Shown: positions 1 to 9,926 of the stretch, piece after piece
Numbering within the stretch: the stretch's first letter is position 1
How the letters are laid out: each line of letters begins with the position of its first letter
Virus record (IMG/VR): IMGVR_UViG_2837678835_000002
Span: 346 to 64,345 of that record
Strand: one strand, 5' to 3'
From: a virus
Taxonomy: Duplodnaviria; Caudoviricetes
DNA: 64,000 nt
Notes under the pieces: generated by a model
Seen by the model: the letters and a program-made list of their open reading frames with translations, nothing else
What the model was told of the DNA's origin: nothing
The model's database searches: none
Position numbers and translations under genes: made by a program

Positions 1-261
1 TTGGAGAAACTTTTAGAGCTGCGATCGCTAGAATCGGCGGCTGGTCAGGACGACGAGGCCGAGACGCTGCGGCTTCGCGACGACTTCATGCGCCGGCTGC
101 GGGAACTCGACGCGAGGCGGATCGGCGGGCCCCGGCTGTTCGCTCCATCGTCGGGGTTGGACGGGGCGCCTCGCGACGCCGACACCGCGGCGCATGTGCA
201 GGAGGACGCGAACGAGCCTTGCCGCTCTGCGGCCGGCCGGAGTGCCGATGGCGGAGGATGA
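1..261 (+). CDS. GTA g1-like small terminase candidate (probably 5'-truncated by the window)
   Basis: Short ORF overlapping the start of the large terminase; position matches RcGTA g1. No diagnostic motif. Confidence 0.5.
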   Translation: MEKLLELRSLESAAGQDDEAETLRLRDDFMRRLRELDARRIGGPRLFAPSSGLDGAPRDADTAAHVQEDANEPCRSAAGRSADGGG

Positions 262-1690
262 CAAGGAGATCGTTGCTATCGCGGAGATTGGCGCGGCACC
301 TTCCGGTCTCCCGGCGGGGGATCAGGCGGCCGGCGTTGCAGCTGCCGACGACCCGGCTGGCGGTGATGGTGCGCTGGAGGGAAAAACGCAGCGGCTGACC
401 GACCCGCAATTCTGGGGCGAGGCGGACAATCTCGTCGTCAAGCAACCGGGGCCGGTGCTCGATCGCTCCGGCATCGCCTGGCTGTCCGCCGCCCGTCCGG
501 CACAACTGCCGCCGCCGGGCAACTGGCGGCAGTGGCTGATCGTCGGGGGGCGCGGCTCCGGCAAGACGCGGGCCGGCGCCGAGTGGGTGAAGGCGATGGC
601 GACGGGCGAGCCACCGCTGGCGGCCCGCGCCCACGGCCGGATCGGGCTCGTCGCCGAGACGCTCGCCGATGCCCGCGAGGTGATGATCGACGGGGAGAGC
701 GGGCTTCTCGCCGTCGCCGGCCGGCCGCGCCCGGTCTTCGAGGCCAGCCGGCGGCGGCTGGTCTTTGCCAATGGCGCGATCGCCCAGATCTTTTCCTCGG
801 AGGACCCGGATGCGCTGCGCGGCTATCAGTTCGATCTCGCCTGGGGCGACGAGCTGGCAAAATGGGTGCATGGCGAGGCCTGTTTCGACAATCTCCAGCT
901 GGCCTTGCGGCTCGGGGAGAATCCGCGGGCGCTGTTCACCACGACGCCGCGGCCGATCCCGCTTCTGAAGCGGCTGGTCGCCGACCCGCAGACCGTCGCG
1001 ACGCACATGACGACGGCGGAAAACACCGCCCATCTCGCGCCGGGGTTTCTGGCAGCGATGACCGAGCGCTACGGCGGCACCCGGCTAGGTCGCCAGGAAC
1101 TTATGGGCGAGATCCTCTCGCTGCGCGATGACGCGCTGTTCGACATCGCCAAGATCGAGCGCCAGCGCTGCGCGGCCCCTCCGGACCTGCAGCGGATCGT
1201 CGTGGCGGTGGACCCGCCGGCGACCTCGACCTCCCGCTCGGACGCCTGCGGTATCGTCGCGGCTGGGCGCGGGGCGGACGGGACGATCTACGTTCTCTAC
1301 GACGCGAGCCGGCGGCGGGCGAAACCGCATGAATGGGCGGAGGCGGCGATCGCGCTCTATCAGGCGCTCCAGGCCGACAGGATCGTCGCCGAGGTGAACC
1401 AGGGCGGCGACATGGTCGAGGCGGTGATCCGCGCCGCGGCGCCGGACACGCCGTTCCAGGCGGTGCGGGCGAGCCGCGGCAAGTGGCTGCGCGCCGAGCC
1501 GGTCGCCGCGCTCTACGAACGCGGCCGGGTGCTTCATGCCGGGCGGTTTCCCGAACTCGAGGACGAGATGGCCGATTTCGGCCCGGACGGATTGTCGGGC
1601 GGTCGGTCGCCGGACCGGCTCGACGCGCTGGTCTGGGCGGTGAACGCTCTGGCCGGGAGAGGTGATGCCCCGCGGATCAGGGGATTGTGA
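248..1690 (+). CDS. GTA large terminase (g2)
   Basis: Walker A GGRGSGKTRAGAEW, LRGYQFDLAWGDELAKW, nuclease motifs VVAVDPPA and SPDRLDALVWA. ATG at 248 chosen as start. Confidence 0.95.
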   Translation: MAEDDKEIVAIAEIGAAPSGLPAGDQAAGVAAADDPAGGDGALEGKTQRLTDPQFWGEADNLVVKQPGPVLDRSGIAWLSAARPAQLPPPGNWRQWLIVGGRGSGKTRAGAEWVKAMATGEPPLAARAHGRIGLVAETLADAREVMIDGESGLLAVAGRPRPVFEASRRRLVFANGAIAQIFSSEDPDALRGYQFDLAWGDELAKWVHGEACFDNLQLALRLGENPRALFTTTPRPIPLLKRLVADPQTVATHMTTAENTAHLAPGFLAAMTERYGGTRLGRQELMGEILSLRDDALFDIAKIERQRCAAPPDLQRIVVAVDPPATSTSRSDACGIVAAGRGADGTIYVLYDASRRRAKPHEWAEAAIALYQALQADRIVAEVNQGGDMVEAVIRAAAPDTPFQAVRASRGKWLRAEPVAALYERGRVLHAGRFPELEDEMADFGPDGLSGGRSPDRLDALVWAVNALAGRGDAPRIRGL

Positions 1691-1735
1691 GGGGCGCGCG
1701 AGTGAGCGGCCCTTACCGGTGAGGCCGGAGCGAGG

Positions 1736-1910
1736 CACCCCCCTCTGCCCTGCCGGGCATCTCCCCCTCAAGGGGGGAGATCGGTCTCGCTCTGGCTTCG
1801 CCGCCCGATCGTCCGGCTTGGCGAGTTGCACAGGCGTTTGAGTGAGGGGCCAAGCGGCGACGCCGCCGATTTCTCCCTTGAGGGGGAGATGCCGGCAGGC
1901 AGAGGGGGCT
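1736..1910. repeat. Rhizobial REP/RIME-like inverted palindromic pair
   Basis: CCCCCTCTGCCCTGCCGGGCATCTCCCCCTCAAGGGGGGAGATCGG (~1738-1783) faces its near reverse complement CCGATTTCTCCCTTGAGGGGGAGATGCCGGCAGGCAGAGGGGG (~1866-1908) in the g2-g3 intergenic region. Confidence 0.75.
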
Positions 1911-1995
1911 TCGAAGGGCGGGAGACCTTGAAAAGCTCAGGTCCTCCGCATCACGGCAGACCTGCCGAACGCATTCCACAACATCGGAGCGAGAC

Positions 1996-2814
1996 ATGGG
2001 ACTTGCGCGATCGATCGCCGGCTGGCTCGGCGCCGCGGCGCGGCCGCCGGACGCTGCAGCCGCAGTCCGTGAAAGCGGCATTGAACCGGCAAGCAGCACA
2101 GGGCCAAGCGAGCGGAAGTCCGCCGCCACCGTCGCCGGCACGCTGGTCTTTGCCGGCAGCGGCGAGGGCGTCTGGACCGAGCGGTCCTATGCGGCATTGT
2201 CGCGCAGCGGCTTCATGCAGAACCCCGTCGCCTACCGCTCGGTACGGCTGATCAGCGAGGCGGCGGCGGCGATCCCGCCGGTGCTCTACGACGGTCCCGA
2301 CGAGTTGAGCGAACACCGGCTGCTCGACCTCCTGAAGCGGCCGAACCCGATGATGGACGGGGCCGCCTTCGTCGAGGCGATCTGCGGCCACCTTCTTCTT
2401 TCCGGCAACGCCTATGTGGAGGCAAGCTTCCTCGACGGTGCGCTGCGCGCGCTGCACCTCCTGCGGCCGGATCGGATCCGGCTGATCGAAGGCGGCGACG
2501 GCTGGCCGGAAGCCTACGAATACCGGGCGGGAACGCGGGTGAGGCGTATCGCCGCCGAAGGGCCGGGCGGCGGGCCGGGGACGCTGCTGCAGCTGACGCT
2601 GTTTCATCCGCTCGCGGACCATGAGGGCTATCCGCCGCTCGGTGCGGCGCAGAACGCGCTCGACCTGCACAACGCCGCGGCGCGCTGGAACCGCGCCTTG
2701 ATCGACAATTCGGCGCGGCCCTCAGGGGCGCTGATCTACAAGGCCGAAGGCGGCGGCAACCTTTCGCCGGACCAGTTCGACCGGCTGAAGGCCGAGCTCG
2801 AAAGCGACTTGTAA
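1996..2814 (+). pseudogene. GTA HK97-type portal (g3), 5' part, truncated by prophage insertion
   Basis: Portal motifs GFMQNPVAYRSVRLISEAAA, LLSGNAY, LRPDR, NSARPSGAL. Host frame runs ...GAA AGC GAC T, then the phage end supplies TG TAA (premature stop). Confidence 0.95.
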
Positions 2815-2996
2815 TACGCAATAACATCTGGCGGATGGCGGGATCTGCTGGAAATAAGCGGGATTGAAAGGAATAACCGAACAGCCACGGGGAGTTGAGA
2901 GGCATCAATGCCCGCTTAGCCTGAAGTGGCGCGCAAGATCAAAATGGCGGCATATCGCCGAACACCGTAGTTTCGAGCGCAAGAACAAGATGGCGG
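2810..2996 (+). repeat. Mu left end (attL) with three transposase-binding sites
   Basis: ACGCAATAACATCTGGCGG (2816-2834), GCGCAAGATCAAAATGGCGG (2931-2950), GCGCAAGAACAAGATGGCGG (2977-2996). L1 is separated from L2/L3 by a long spacer, as in Mu. Confidence 0.85.
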
Positions 2997-3058
2997 CGGC
3001 TCAGGGAAACAAAGAGAGGACGGCGTGATTTGCTTAATTGCAAAGCGTCGAACCGTCA

Positions 3059-4165
3059 CTAGCCTCGAAACGGTGTCTCTGACCTCCTCACAGGCACCTC
3101 TGTATACCCGTTTTCATCAAGTGCCTCTCTAATGCCCGCGGCTAATATTTCCGCTACGGAGCAGGGGCCGACCACGACTTCGCTGATCGGAAGTTTTTCT
3201 GGATAATCTCGAGCAATATCTTTTGTGGTCACATAAGGAACGATTGTCTGTCCAACAGTACGGAATCGGCGAGGAGAAAGCGGTTGCCCCAGACTGGACA
3301 TGACTTCAGCGTTTTCCGAATGGACAAGCCTTACTTCGCGCTCATCTTCGAAGTGCCCATCTTTAAAGAACGCCGCAATATCTAGTATTCTATCCGATCC
3401 ATCGCCGTAAAGAGCTTCAGCCTTGCTCGAAAATTCATATCGGTCATGAGGCCATGCCGATGCGGTAAGATGAGCCATAAGATCTAGAAGGCATATTTGT
3501 GTTTCTAGATCATAAATTACAGGACGCATAACACTTGTATTGGAGTAGCCGAACCCAGGATATTTGGTCGAGAAGCCGATAGCAATATTTCCATACCCCC
3601 TCCATTGGCTTAGGCTGTCACCATTAAGCGAAAATGAGGCAATACAGACGCGGTGCCGAGTAATGTCTGGACTGCCCAATGCATTCAGTACAGCTGCGGC
3701 GTCTTGCCGGAAACGTGCCGCTTTTTCGAAACTTGATCGAGCTAGAGATAGGCCATGACGAAGTTCTGAGGCATCATTGAGGTAGGCGTAGTCTGTCAGC
3801 CACAACTCAGACGACGAGATTATGCCAAGAAGGCCGCTTGCCGTCGTATACTGATAAACTGTCGAATGACTGTTAGCATGTGATGGGACAATAGAAAGGC
3901 GTTCTGCCTCTCTCCAAAGTATATTCGGAATCGAAAACCAACGCGGCGAATGGTTATTCCACGAATACGAAGTTGAACCTACGTGATCGACCCAACTAAT
4001 TCTTTTATAGGTAATCTCTTTTCCGAAAGGAAGTGTAGTTAAAAATTCATCCTCCTCGATCCCGTTCGTACAGTTTGGAAATGGACAAACCAGATCGCGA
4101 CTGCAATGTTTTTTGCAGATAAAGTCTGCGCTTATTCGGAAAGGTATTCTTCTGAGAGTTGTCAT
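3059..4165 (-). CDS. DUF2971-family protein (lower-GC moron)
   Basis: YQYTTASGLLGIISSSELWLTDYAYLNDASE, SFSLNGDSLSQWRGYG and FFKDGHFEDEREVR match the DUF2971 pattern. Start uncertain. Confidence 0.8.
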   Translation of the reverse strand: MTTLRRIPFRISADFICKKHCSRDLVCPFPNCTNGIEEDEFLTTLPFGKEITYKRISWVDHVGSTSYSWNNHSPRWFSIPNILWREAERLSIVPSHANSHSTVYQYTTASGLLGIISSSELWLTDYAYLNDASELRHGLSLARSSFEKAARFRQDAAAVLNALGSPDITRHRVCIASFSLNGDSLSQWRGYGNIAIGFSTKYPGFGYSNTSVMRPVIYDLETQICLLDLMAHLTASAWPHDRYEFSSKAEALYGDGSDRILDIAAFFKDGHFEDEREVRLVHSENAEVMSSLGQPLSPRRFRTVGQTIVPYVTTKDIARDYPEKLPISEVVVGPCSVAEILAAGIREALDENGYTEVPVRRSETPFRG

Positions 4166-4372
4166 ATCGAGTGTGATGACCTGTCAGGTAGCCCGGCGGC
4201 GCATAAATCTCGCGTTGGATCGAAGCTGACGAAGCTCGCGGCTGCTTGTGTCGCGTTTGGATTCGCGGGCGCCATTGAACTGTCGCAGCATGGTCGGTTT
4301 GTATGAGGTGATGAGTAGATTAGAAGCAATGGGCTCACGACTGGTAGGATTCCCGTCGACGGTAGCTTGACA

Positions 4373-4618
4373 TCAATCTGTGTCGAAATCAGCAGGCAAT
4401 TGCCCGAAAGTAAAAAGCAGTTTGGGCTCGTCGAGGGTCTCGCCCGTTTCGTCATCCGCGAGCTGTTCGAACGCAACAGCACCGGCAAAGCGAACGGATA
4501 TCCGCGTCGCCTTTGCTATCGCGGCTTCGGCGGACCTTTCCTGAAAGGTCTGGCCTGACGCCAGCTTGCGGCCGTCCTTTACGAAGCCTTGGGCGATGAA
4601 ATAGTGCTTTGCAGTCAT
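4373..4618 (-). CDS. Small hypothetical protein downstream of the repressor
   Basis: MTAKHYFIAQGF...FGQLPADFDTD; ATG at 4618, just after the repressor stop, with GAGGA upstream. Confidence 0.7.
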   Translation of the reverse strand: MTAKHYFIAQGFVKDGRKLASGQTFQERSAEAAIAKATRISVRFAGAVAFEQLADDETGETLDEPKLLFTFGQLPADFDTD

Positions 4619-4628
4619 AGGCCTATCC

Positions 4629-5411
4629 TCACATGTAGCGCAGATGCGCTTTGACCCTGCCGACGATATGCAGGTTCGATAGTTCATGCGGTTCGACGCG
4701 TTCGTCGAGATAGCCGGCTGCCTTGTTGTCGCTGGACAGGATTACCGATCCATCGCGCATCAGTTGCACGCGCTTCACGAGGACCGACTCGTTGTAAACG
4801 ACTGCATAAAGGGCGTTGTCGACGACATGGTCGATCGAGGTATCGATCAAAACCTGATCCTGATCGGTCAGGGTTGGATGCATGGAATCCCCGGAGACTG
4901 GCAGGATTCGGGCGAAGCGCGGATTGACCCCCATCGTCCGTAGGTAAGCGTCCTGGAAGGCCACGAAGGCATCAACGTTTTCGGATTGAGCGATCAGCCC
5001 CGAGCCTGCTGAAGCGCGCGCCTCCATCCGCGGAATAAGGACGAAGGCTCCCTCCTGAAGGTCCTCCGTATCAACGATCTGCAGCATTGGCGGCCCGTTT
5101 TGTTCCTGCTGTGTTCTTCCCGGACCATGACTCGAAATTGCAGAAGAGTCACGCGTTGATTCGGATCCCTTCCCTGTTGCGAGCCAATCGACGGAGACGT
5201 TCGCCGCTCGGCACAGTTCTGCCAGGGCGAAAAAATCCGGTCGCGAGCGGCCGAATTTCCAATTCGTCAGGGTGTCGACTGAGTATCCGGTAATTTCGGC
5301 GGCTTGGTTCTGGTCCGCCATCCGAGAAATTACGGATTCCATCCTCTCGCCGAAGCCGTCCGTGAAAGTGGGAACTCGCTTCCCAGTTTCTTTTCGCGGG
5401 CGTGCCATCAA
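4629..5411 (-). CDS. CI/LexA-like prophage repressor (HTH + S24 peptidase)
   Basis: N-terminal HTH (QNQAAEITGYSVDTLTNWKFG...VSVDWLATG); S24 motifs ASAGSG, VSGDSMHPT, LVKRVQ; divergent from ner. Confidence 0.92.
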   Translation of the reverse strand: MMARPRKETGKRVPTFTDGFGERMESVISRMADQNQAAEITGYSVDTLTNWKFGRSRPDFFALAELCRAANVSVDWLATGKGSESTRDSSAISSHGPGRTQQEQNGPPMLQIVDTEDLQEGAFVLIPRMEARASAGSGLIAQSENVDAFVAFQDAYLRTMGVNPRFARILPVSGDSMHPTLTDQDQVLIDTSIDHVVDNALYAVVYNESVLVKRVQLMRDGSVILSSDNKAAGYLDERVEPHELSNLHIVGRVKAHLRYM

Positions 5412-5591
5412 TTAACATCCTGTTATTTAACGGAATTCCGAGACAATCCGCACATATTCGGAAATCTCGAACTGGGAAGCGGATTACCCCGTTGCCAATC
5501 CGAATAATCTCGGTTAACTCTGTAACACCAACCGTTCACCACACCCCGAAAGAAAGCCGGCCTGCCAGCCGGCCTTCGCTGAGGAGCCCGA
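5412..5591. promoter_or_regulatory. Divergent immunity region with candidate operators TCCG-N8-CGG(A/T)
   Basis: AT-rich spacer with TCCGCACATATTCGGA (5447-5462) and TCCGAATAATCTCGGT (5499-5514). A third copy, TCCGAGAAATTACGGA, lies at 5321-5336 inside the repressor gene. Confidence 0.55.
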
Positions 5592-5915
5592 ATGAAGCGA
5601 GATGCCGCCAAACCGCCTGCACAATGGGACCGCCATTCCATCAAAGCGGAGATCCATCGTCGCGGCATGTCGCTCTCGGGGATCGCGCGTGATGCGGGCC
5701 TTCCGGAAAGCGCCTGCCGGCTCGCCCTGATGGGCATGAACCGGAAAGGCGCGGACGCCATCGCGGCCGCTCTCGGAATTCCCTTCGACACGCTCTTCCC
5801 CGCGGACATGTTTGTCCGCTCGCGTTCGAGCCACGCCAAACCTAACCCAAAAGGCACGGCGACGTCGCGGCAAAAGCGCAAGGTCGCTGCTGCCAGCGAA
5901 AGGGCCTCGGCGTGA
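5592..5915 (+). CDS. ner: Ner-like (HTH_35) early regulator
   Basis: WDRHSIKAEIHRRGMSLSGIARDAGL...IAAALGIPFDTLFP is the Ner/SfsB signature; first gene of the early operon. Confidence 0.88.
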   Translation: MKRDAAKPPAQWDRHSIKAEIHRRGMSLSGIARDAGLPESACRLALMGMNRKGADAIAAALGIPFDTLFPADMFVRSRSSHAKPNPKGTATSRQKRKVAAASERASA

Positions 5916-6028
5916 CCTGGCTGTCGGAATTCACCTTGGCCGCTGCCAGACCCGAAATTGCCATGCTGGCCATCATCTACGGGTGCGCGGCGATTGCCCT
6001 CAGCCTCACACTGCGGCGAGGGCGGTGA
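5912..6028 (+). CDS. 38-aa hydrophobic peptide (not in the ORF track)
   Basis: GTG overlaps the ner stop (GTGA) and its TGA overlaps the next ATG (TGATG). Sequence MTWLSEFTLAAARPEIAMLAIIYGCAAIALSLTLRRGR has one TM-like stretch. Confidence 0.55.
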   Translation: MTWLSEFTLAAARPEIAMLAIIYGCAAIALSLTLRRGR

Positions 6029-6279
6029 TGACCGCTGGCGAGTTCCTCCTGGCTTGCTCCGCCTTCGCCCGCCGGCATCCGGCTGCGGTGCTCGAGATGG
6101 CCGCACCGGAACTTGCCGTAGATCACAGGGCACCCGCCCATCACGTCCACACGACAGTACTCCAGGCCCGCAAGCGGATGCTGACGACCGCGAAGCTGAC
6201 CCTTCGCACAGCAGCGATCGCCGCCGGCGGCCCGACCGATCCCGACCTCTTTACTACGCCAGAGAGACTGACCGCATGA
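6028..6279 (+). CDS. Hypothetical phage protein
   Basis: MTAGEFLLACSAF...; overlaps neighbours at both ends (TGATG, ATGA). Confidence 0.6.
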   Translation: MTAGEFLLACSAFARRHPAAVLEMAAPELAVDHRAPAHHVHTTVLQARKRMLTTAKLTLRTAAIAAGGPTDPDLFTTPERLTA

Positions 6280-7121
6280 CATCCTATTCCATGATCCCGC
6301 TTTCCTCGATCGACACTGGCGCGAGGCTTCGCGCCGCCGATCCTGCCTGGGTCGCGTTCCTCGCGGAGGAAATCGCGGCGGACGGACAGATCGAACCGAT
6401 CCGCGTCGTGATCCGCGGCAACGGCTACAAACTCGTCGATGGGGCAAGGCGCATCGCTGCTTTCATCGACCTTGGCCGCGGAGAAATCGAGGCCCGGATC
6501 GAGCCTGAGCAGGCGCTCGCCGACGACATTGCCGTCCGGTTGGCGGAGATCAAAGGGCACCTTTTACGCGGGGCCCTCACAGCGCTCGAGCATGCAATTT
6601 CCGTCTCCGCCTGGTGCGACGTCTTCCAAGACGTCAACGGTGCACCGAAGCGCGGCCGAAAGCCGAAATCCCCCGATCTCAACTCGCAAGAAGAAATTGG
6701 TGTCGCGTGTGACACTAATTGGAGCGCTGCTGCGCAGGAAGCTTTGGGCATCAGCCGTTCGGTGCTTTTTCGGTGCATCAAGATCGCGCGTATCGACGCT
6801 GACATCCGGTCGCGGATCGCGCTCCATCCGATCGCCGAGGTACAGCGCGAGCTGCTGTTGCTCTCAGAGCTGACGCCGGTTCGCCAGAAGGCGGTGGTCG
6901 ATCTCCTGACCAGCGAGCCGGCAGAAGCCGCGACCGTCACCGAGGCACTGGCACTCCTTGATCATGCGCCGGGCGCCAAGCCGGTGCCGGCTTACGAGCG
7001 GCTCTATGACAGATTCACGCGGCTGAAGGCGCCCGAGAAAGAGGCATTCTTCGACCTCAACGCCGACGCAATCGACGCCTGGATCGCCAAGCGCGCAGCC
7101 AAGAACCGGCGGGCTGCCTGA
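6276..7121 (+). CDS. ParB N-terminal-domain protein
   Basis: IPLSSIDTGARLR...LAEEIAADGQIEPIRV...LVDGARRIAA followed by an HTH-like segment (AAQEALGISRSVLFR). Confidence 0.85.
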   Translation: MTSYSMIPLSSIDTGARLRAADPAWVAFLAEEIAADGQIEPIRVVIRGNGYKLVDGARRIAAFIDLGRGEIEARIEPEQALADDIAVRLAEIKGHLLRGALTALEHAISVSAWCDVFQDVNGAPKRGRKPKSPDLNSQEEIGVACDTNWSAAAQEALGISRSVLFRCIKIARIDADIRSRIALHPIAEVQRELLLLSELTPVRQKAVVDLLTSEPAEAATVTEALALLDHAPGAKPVPAYERLYDRFTRLKAPEKEAFFDLNADAIDAWIAKRAAKNRRAA

Positions 7122-7585
7122 TGAGCCGTCGGCGCGATCCCCATACGCGCGACCTCTTCGCGTCTCCCGAGCCCGTCTCAGTCGGTTTCGATCCTGAGGT
7201 TATCGGGCGCGGCTCCCTCGCCTCGCAGATCGCCAGGGTGGTCAGCCGAACGACGCAAGACGCACGCGAGGAACTCGGGATCACCCGCCGGCAGCTGGCG
7301 GAGCGTCTCACCGACCGTCTTGGCCGCTCCGTCTCGGAGACGACAATCGAAAAATGGGCTTCGGAATCGGCGGAAGAGCATCGGATCCCACTCGACGCCT
7401 TTGTTGCTCTCATCGCCGAGACCAAAGGCTACGAGGCGCTTGGCTTCATTCCCTCGCTGTTCGGCTACGCGGTGGTCGAAGAGAAGTACGTCGAGATCAT
7501 CGAGATGAAGCAGATCGAGGATCACAAGCGCCTCCTAGATGCTCGGATGGCGACGCTTCAGGCCAAGGCAAGGGCTCGGCAATGA
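7121..7585 (+). CDS. Putative DNA-binding phage protein
   Basis: HTH-like TRRQLAERLTDRLGRSVSETTIEKWASES; coupled to both neighbours; typical gene before A in alphaproteobacterial Mu-like phages. Confidence 0.7.
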   Translation: MSRRRDPHTRDLFASPEPVSVGFDPEVIGRGSLASQIARVVSRTTQDAREELGITRRQLAERLTDRLGRSVSETTIEKWASESAEEHRIPLDAFVALIAETKGYEALGFIPSLFGYAVVEEKYVEIIEMKQIEDHKRLLDARMATLQAKARARQ

Positions 7586-9846
7586 AGCAGTGGCTCACGG
7601 CACAAGAACTCGCTGCCCAGGCTCTTCCGCACCTTCCTTCCACGAAGCGCGGAATCAACGATCTGGCGATCCGTGAGTGTTGGAACGAGCATCCAACCTT
7701 CGTGCGACGGCGATCGGGCCGTGGCGGGGGAATGGAGTATCACTTCCACATTCTGCCGACGCTGGCGCAGATCGAGTATTCACGCCGCCACCTCAAGGTC
7801 GGTATCCCCGCCTTGCCGCCTGTAGCGAACGATGAGACGGCTGTCGTGCCCGCCAATCCCATTGGCGCGAAGGCGGCGAAGCGTCGGGATGCGCGGCTGG
7901 CCATCGTCCAGCGGTTCAATTCCTTCCGTAAGGGGCTGACGCTCGGCCACTACGGTGCTCACGACCAGTTCGTCCGCAAGTACAACAACCGTTCTCTTGC
8001 CATCGACGAGTGGGTCGTCGACTTGGTGCCAAAGCTTTCTCAGCGCTCTCTCGAGCGATGGCAGGCCGAAGCGAAGAATGGCGGAGCCAAACTCGCTGTT
8101 GACCGGGCAGCTGCGCGGAAAGGCAAAGGCGTGCTCGATACCGCCAATGGTGGCGCAGTCCGCACGACGATTCTCGCTCTCCTCGCCGACAATCAGCACT
8201 TCACGGCCGAGCATATCCGTGACGTGGTGGCGTCTGAATACGGGAACACGCTTATTGTCCCGGGACGAGACTGTGAGAAGGCGGTGCCGCTGCCGCCAAT
8301 CCGGACCTTCCAGCACTTTTTGAAGGGTCTTCGAAGCTCGCACGCCGTAACGCTGATGCGAGTGCAGAACCCCGATCGCTTCCGCTCCACGATGGCGCCC
8401 AGAGGCCTCGGGACGCTGTCCCATGTCACCGAGCCCAACCAGCTTTGGCAAATCGACGCCTCGCCCGTCGACGCGCTCTGCACGGATGGCCGACACGCGA
8501 TCTACGTCTGCCTCGATATCGCGACACGGCGCATGGTCCTGTTCATTTCGAAGACGCCTCGGGCATCCGCTGTGGCGCTTCTCATTCGAAAGGCCATTCT
8601 CGCCTGGGGTGTCGCCGACAAGATCAAAACCGACAACGGCTCGGATTTCACCGCTCAAGACACAAAACGTCTATTCGCCTTCCTCGATATCGAAATCGAG
8701 CTTTCCGACGCCTACACGCCCACGCAGAAGGCGCATGTTGAGCGGGCGATCGGCGACTTTCAGAAAGACTGCGCGACCATGCTGCCCGGCTTCGTCGGCC
8801 ACAGCGTCGCGGACCGAAAGGCGATCGAGGAGCGCAGAAGTTTCGCGGCGCGACTCGGCACAAGTGACGAGGAGGTCTTCGGCGTCGCGCTTTCTGGCGA
8901 CGCACTGCAGGCCGAGGTCGATCGATGGGCGTCGCTGCGCGAACACGAGCCCCATGCCGGTCTCAAGGGAGAAACACCGTTCGCGGTCGCTGCGCGATCG
9001 ACAAAGCCCCCCCGGCATGTCGACGAGCGCGCTCTCGATCTCCTCCTGATGACCGTGCCGCAGGGCGGCACGCGCCGCGTGACGTCGAGCGGCATCCGGG
9101 TCGACGGCAACCACTACATGACGCCGTCGATCCTGCCTGGGACAGAGGTGCTGGTACGCATGGACAGCGCCGATCTCGGTGTCGTCTACGCCTTCGCACC
9201 GGACGGCGGTGACTTCCTCGGGGCGGGTATCTGCCCGCAACTTTCCGGCATCGACCCCGCGGACGCTGCCCGGGCGCTGAAAGCGATGCAGAACGAGATC
9301 ACCCAGAAGGGCGCAGCGGCAATCAAGGCCGAAATCCGGCGTCTGAAGAAGGGCGGCGCCTGGCACGAACGCATCCTCGGTGTCCGAGAAGCGCGCGCGC
9401 CGAACGTCGTCGCCATGCCGAAGCGAGGCGAGACCCATGTCACGCCGCAGATCGCGGCTGCACTCGAGGCCATGGATGCCGCCGACGATCGGCGGAGACC
9501 TGTGCCTACGGATCCACGCGTAGCGGAAGAGCAGCGCCGTTTGATTGCAGAAATGACGGCCGCCGACGAGCGGGCGCTGTGGGAGCGCGGCCGCGAGAGT
9601 TCGCGCCGGCGCGAGGCGGAGATCGAGGCCGAACGGACGGCCCATCTACCAGTCACCGTCCGAGCGCTGCCGGAATCGCCGCGGGCAAAATACGTCCGCA
9701 TGGAGCTTTTGCGCCGCCGCATCGAGGCCGGCGAACAGGTCGATGTCGAGGATGCGATCCTGCTCGGCCGATACCAGGAAACCCCCGAATTCAAAGGCCA
9801 GCGCGACATGCACGAGGTCTACGGGGACGAATACCTGGCGCTCTGA
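7582..9846 (+). CDS. Mu-like DDE transposase (A)
   Basis: N-terminal Mu DNA-binding domain (WLTAQELA...LPHLPSTKRGIN...GRGGGMEYH); catalytic WQIDASP, KTDNGSDF, KAHVERAIG. Confidence 0.95.
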   Translation: MKQWLTAQELAAQALPHLPSTKRGINDLAIRECWNEHPTFVRRRSGRGGGMEYHFHILPTLAQIEYSRRHLKVGIPALPPVANDETAVVPANPIGAKAAKRRDARLAIVQRFNSFRKGLTLGHYGAHDQFVRKYNNRSLAIDEWVVDLVPKLSQRSLERWQAEAKNGGAKLAVDRAAARKGKGVLDTANGGAVRTTILALLADNQHFTAEHIRDVVASEYGNTLIVPGRDCEKAVPLPPIRTFQHFLKGLRSSHAVTLMRVQNPDRFRSTMAPRGLGTLSHVTEPNQLWQIDASPVDALCTDGRHAIYVCLDIATRRMVLFISKTPRASAVALLIRKAILAWGVADKIKTDNGSDFTAQDTKRLFAFLDIEIELSDAYTPTQKAHVERAIGDFQKDCATMLPGFVGHSVADRKAIEERRSFAARLGTSDEEVFGVALSGDALQAEVDRWASLREHEPHAGLKGETPFAVAARSTKPPRHVDERALDLLLMTVPQGGTRRVTSSGIRVDGNHYMTPSILPGTEVLVRMDSADLGVVYAFAPDGGDFLGAGICPQLSGIDPADAARALKAMQNEITQKGAAAIKAEIRRLKKGGAWHERILGVREARAPNVVAMPKRGETHVTPQIAAALEAMDAADDRRRPVPTDPRVAEEQRRLIAEMTAADERALWERGRESSRRREAEIEAERTAHLPVTVRALPESPRAKYVRMELLRRRIEAGEQVDVEDAILLGRYQETPEFKGQRDMHEVYGDEYLAL

Positions 9847-9857
9847 CGCGCCGAACG

Positions 9858-9885
9858 AAAAAGACCCGGCCACGAGAGCCGGGTC
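9858..9885 (-). terminator. Hairpin between A and B; possible minus-strand intrinsic terminator
   Basis: GACCCGGC-7nt-GCCGGGTC preceded by AAAAA (a U-tract on the minus strand). Confidence 0.4.
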
Positions 9886-9926
9886 CGAAAAGACGGCCAA
9901 AAGGCCGCATGTCCAATGAGGAGAGC

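Noticed and set aside
4304-4312. TGAGG-TG as the left partner of the relic end (TGAGG follows 51836)
   Set aside because: Not followed by TGT or by any CATTTGAAAT-type repeats; likely chance.
5412-5426. CtrA box TTAA-N7-TTAT in the immunity region
   Set aside because: Imperfect half-site in AT-rich promoter DNA; cannot be told from chance.
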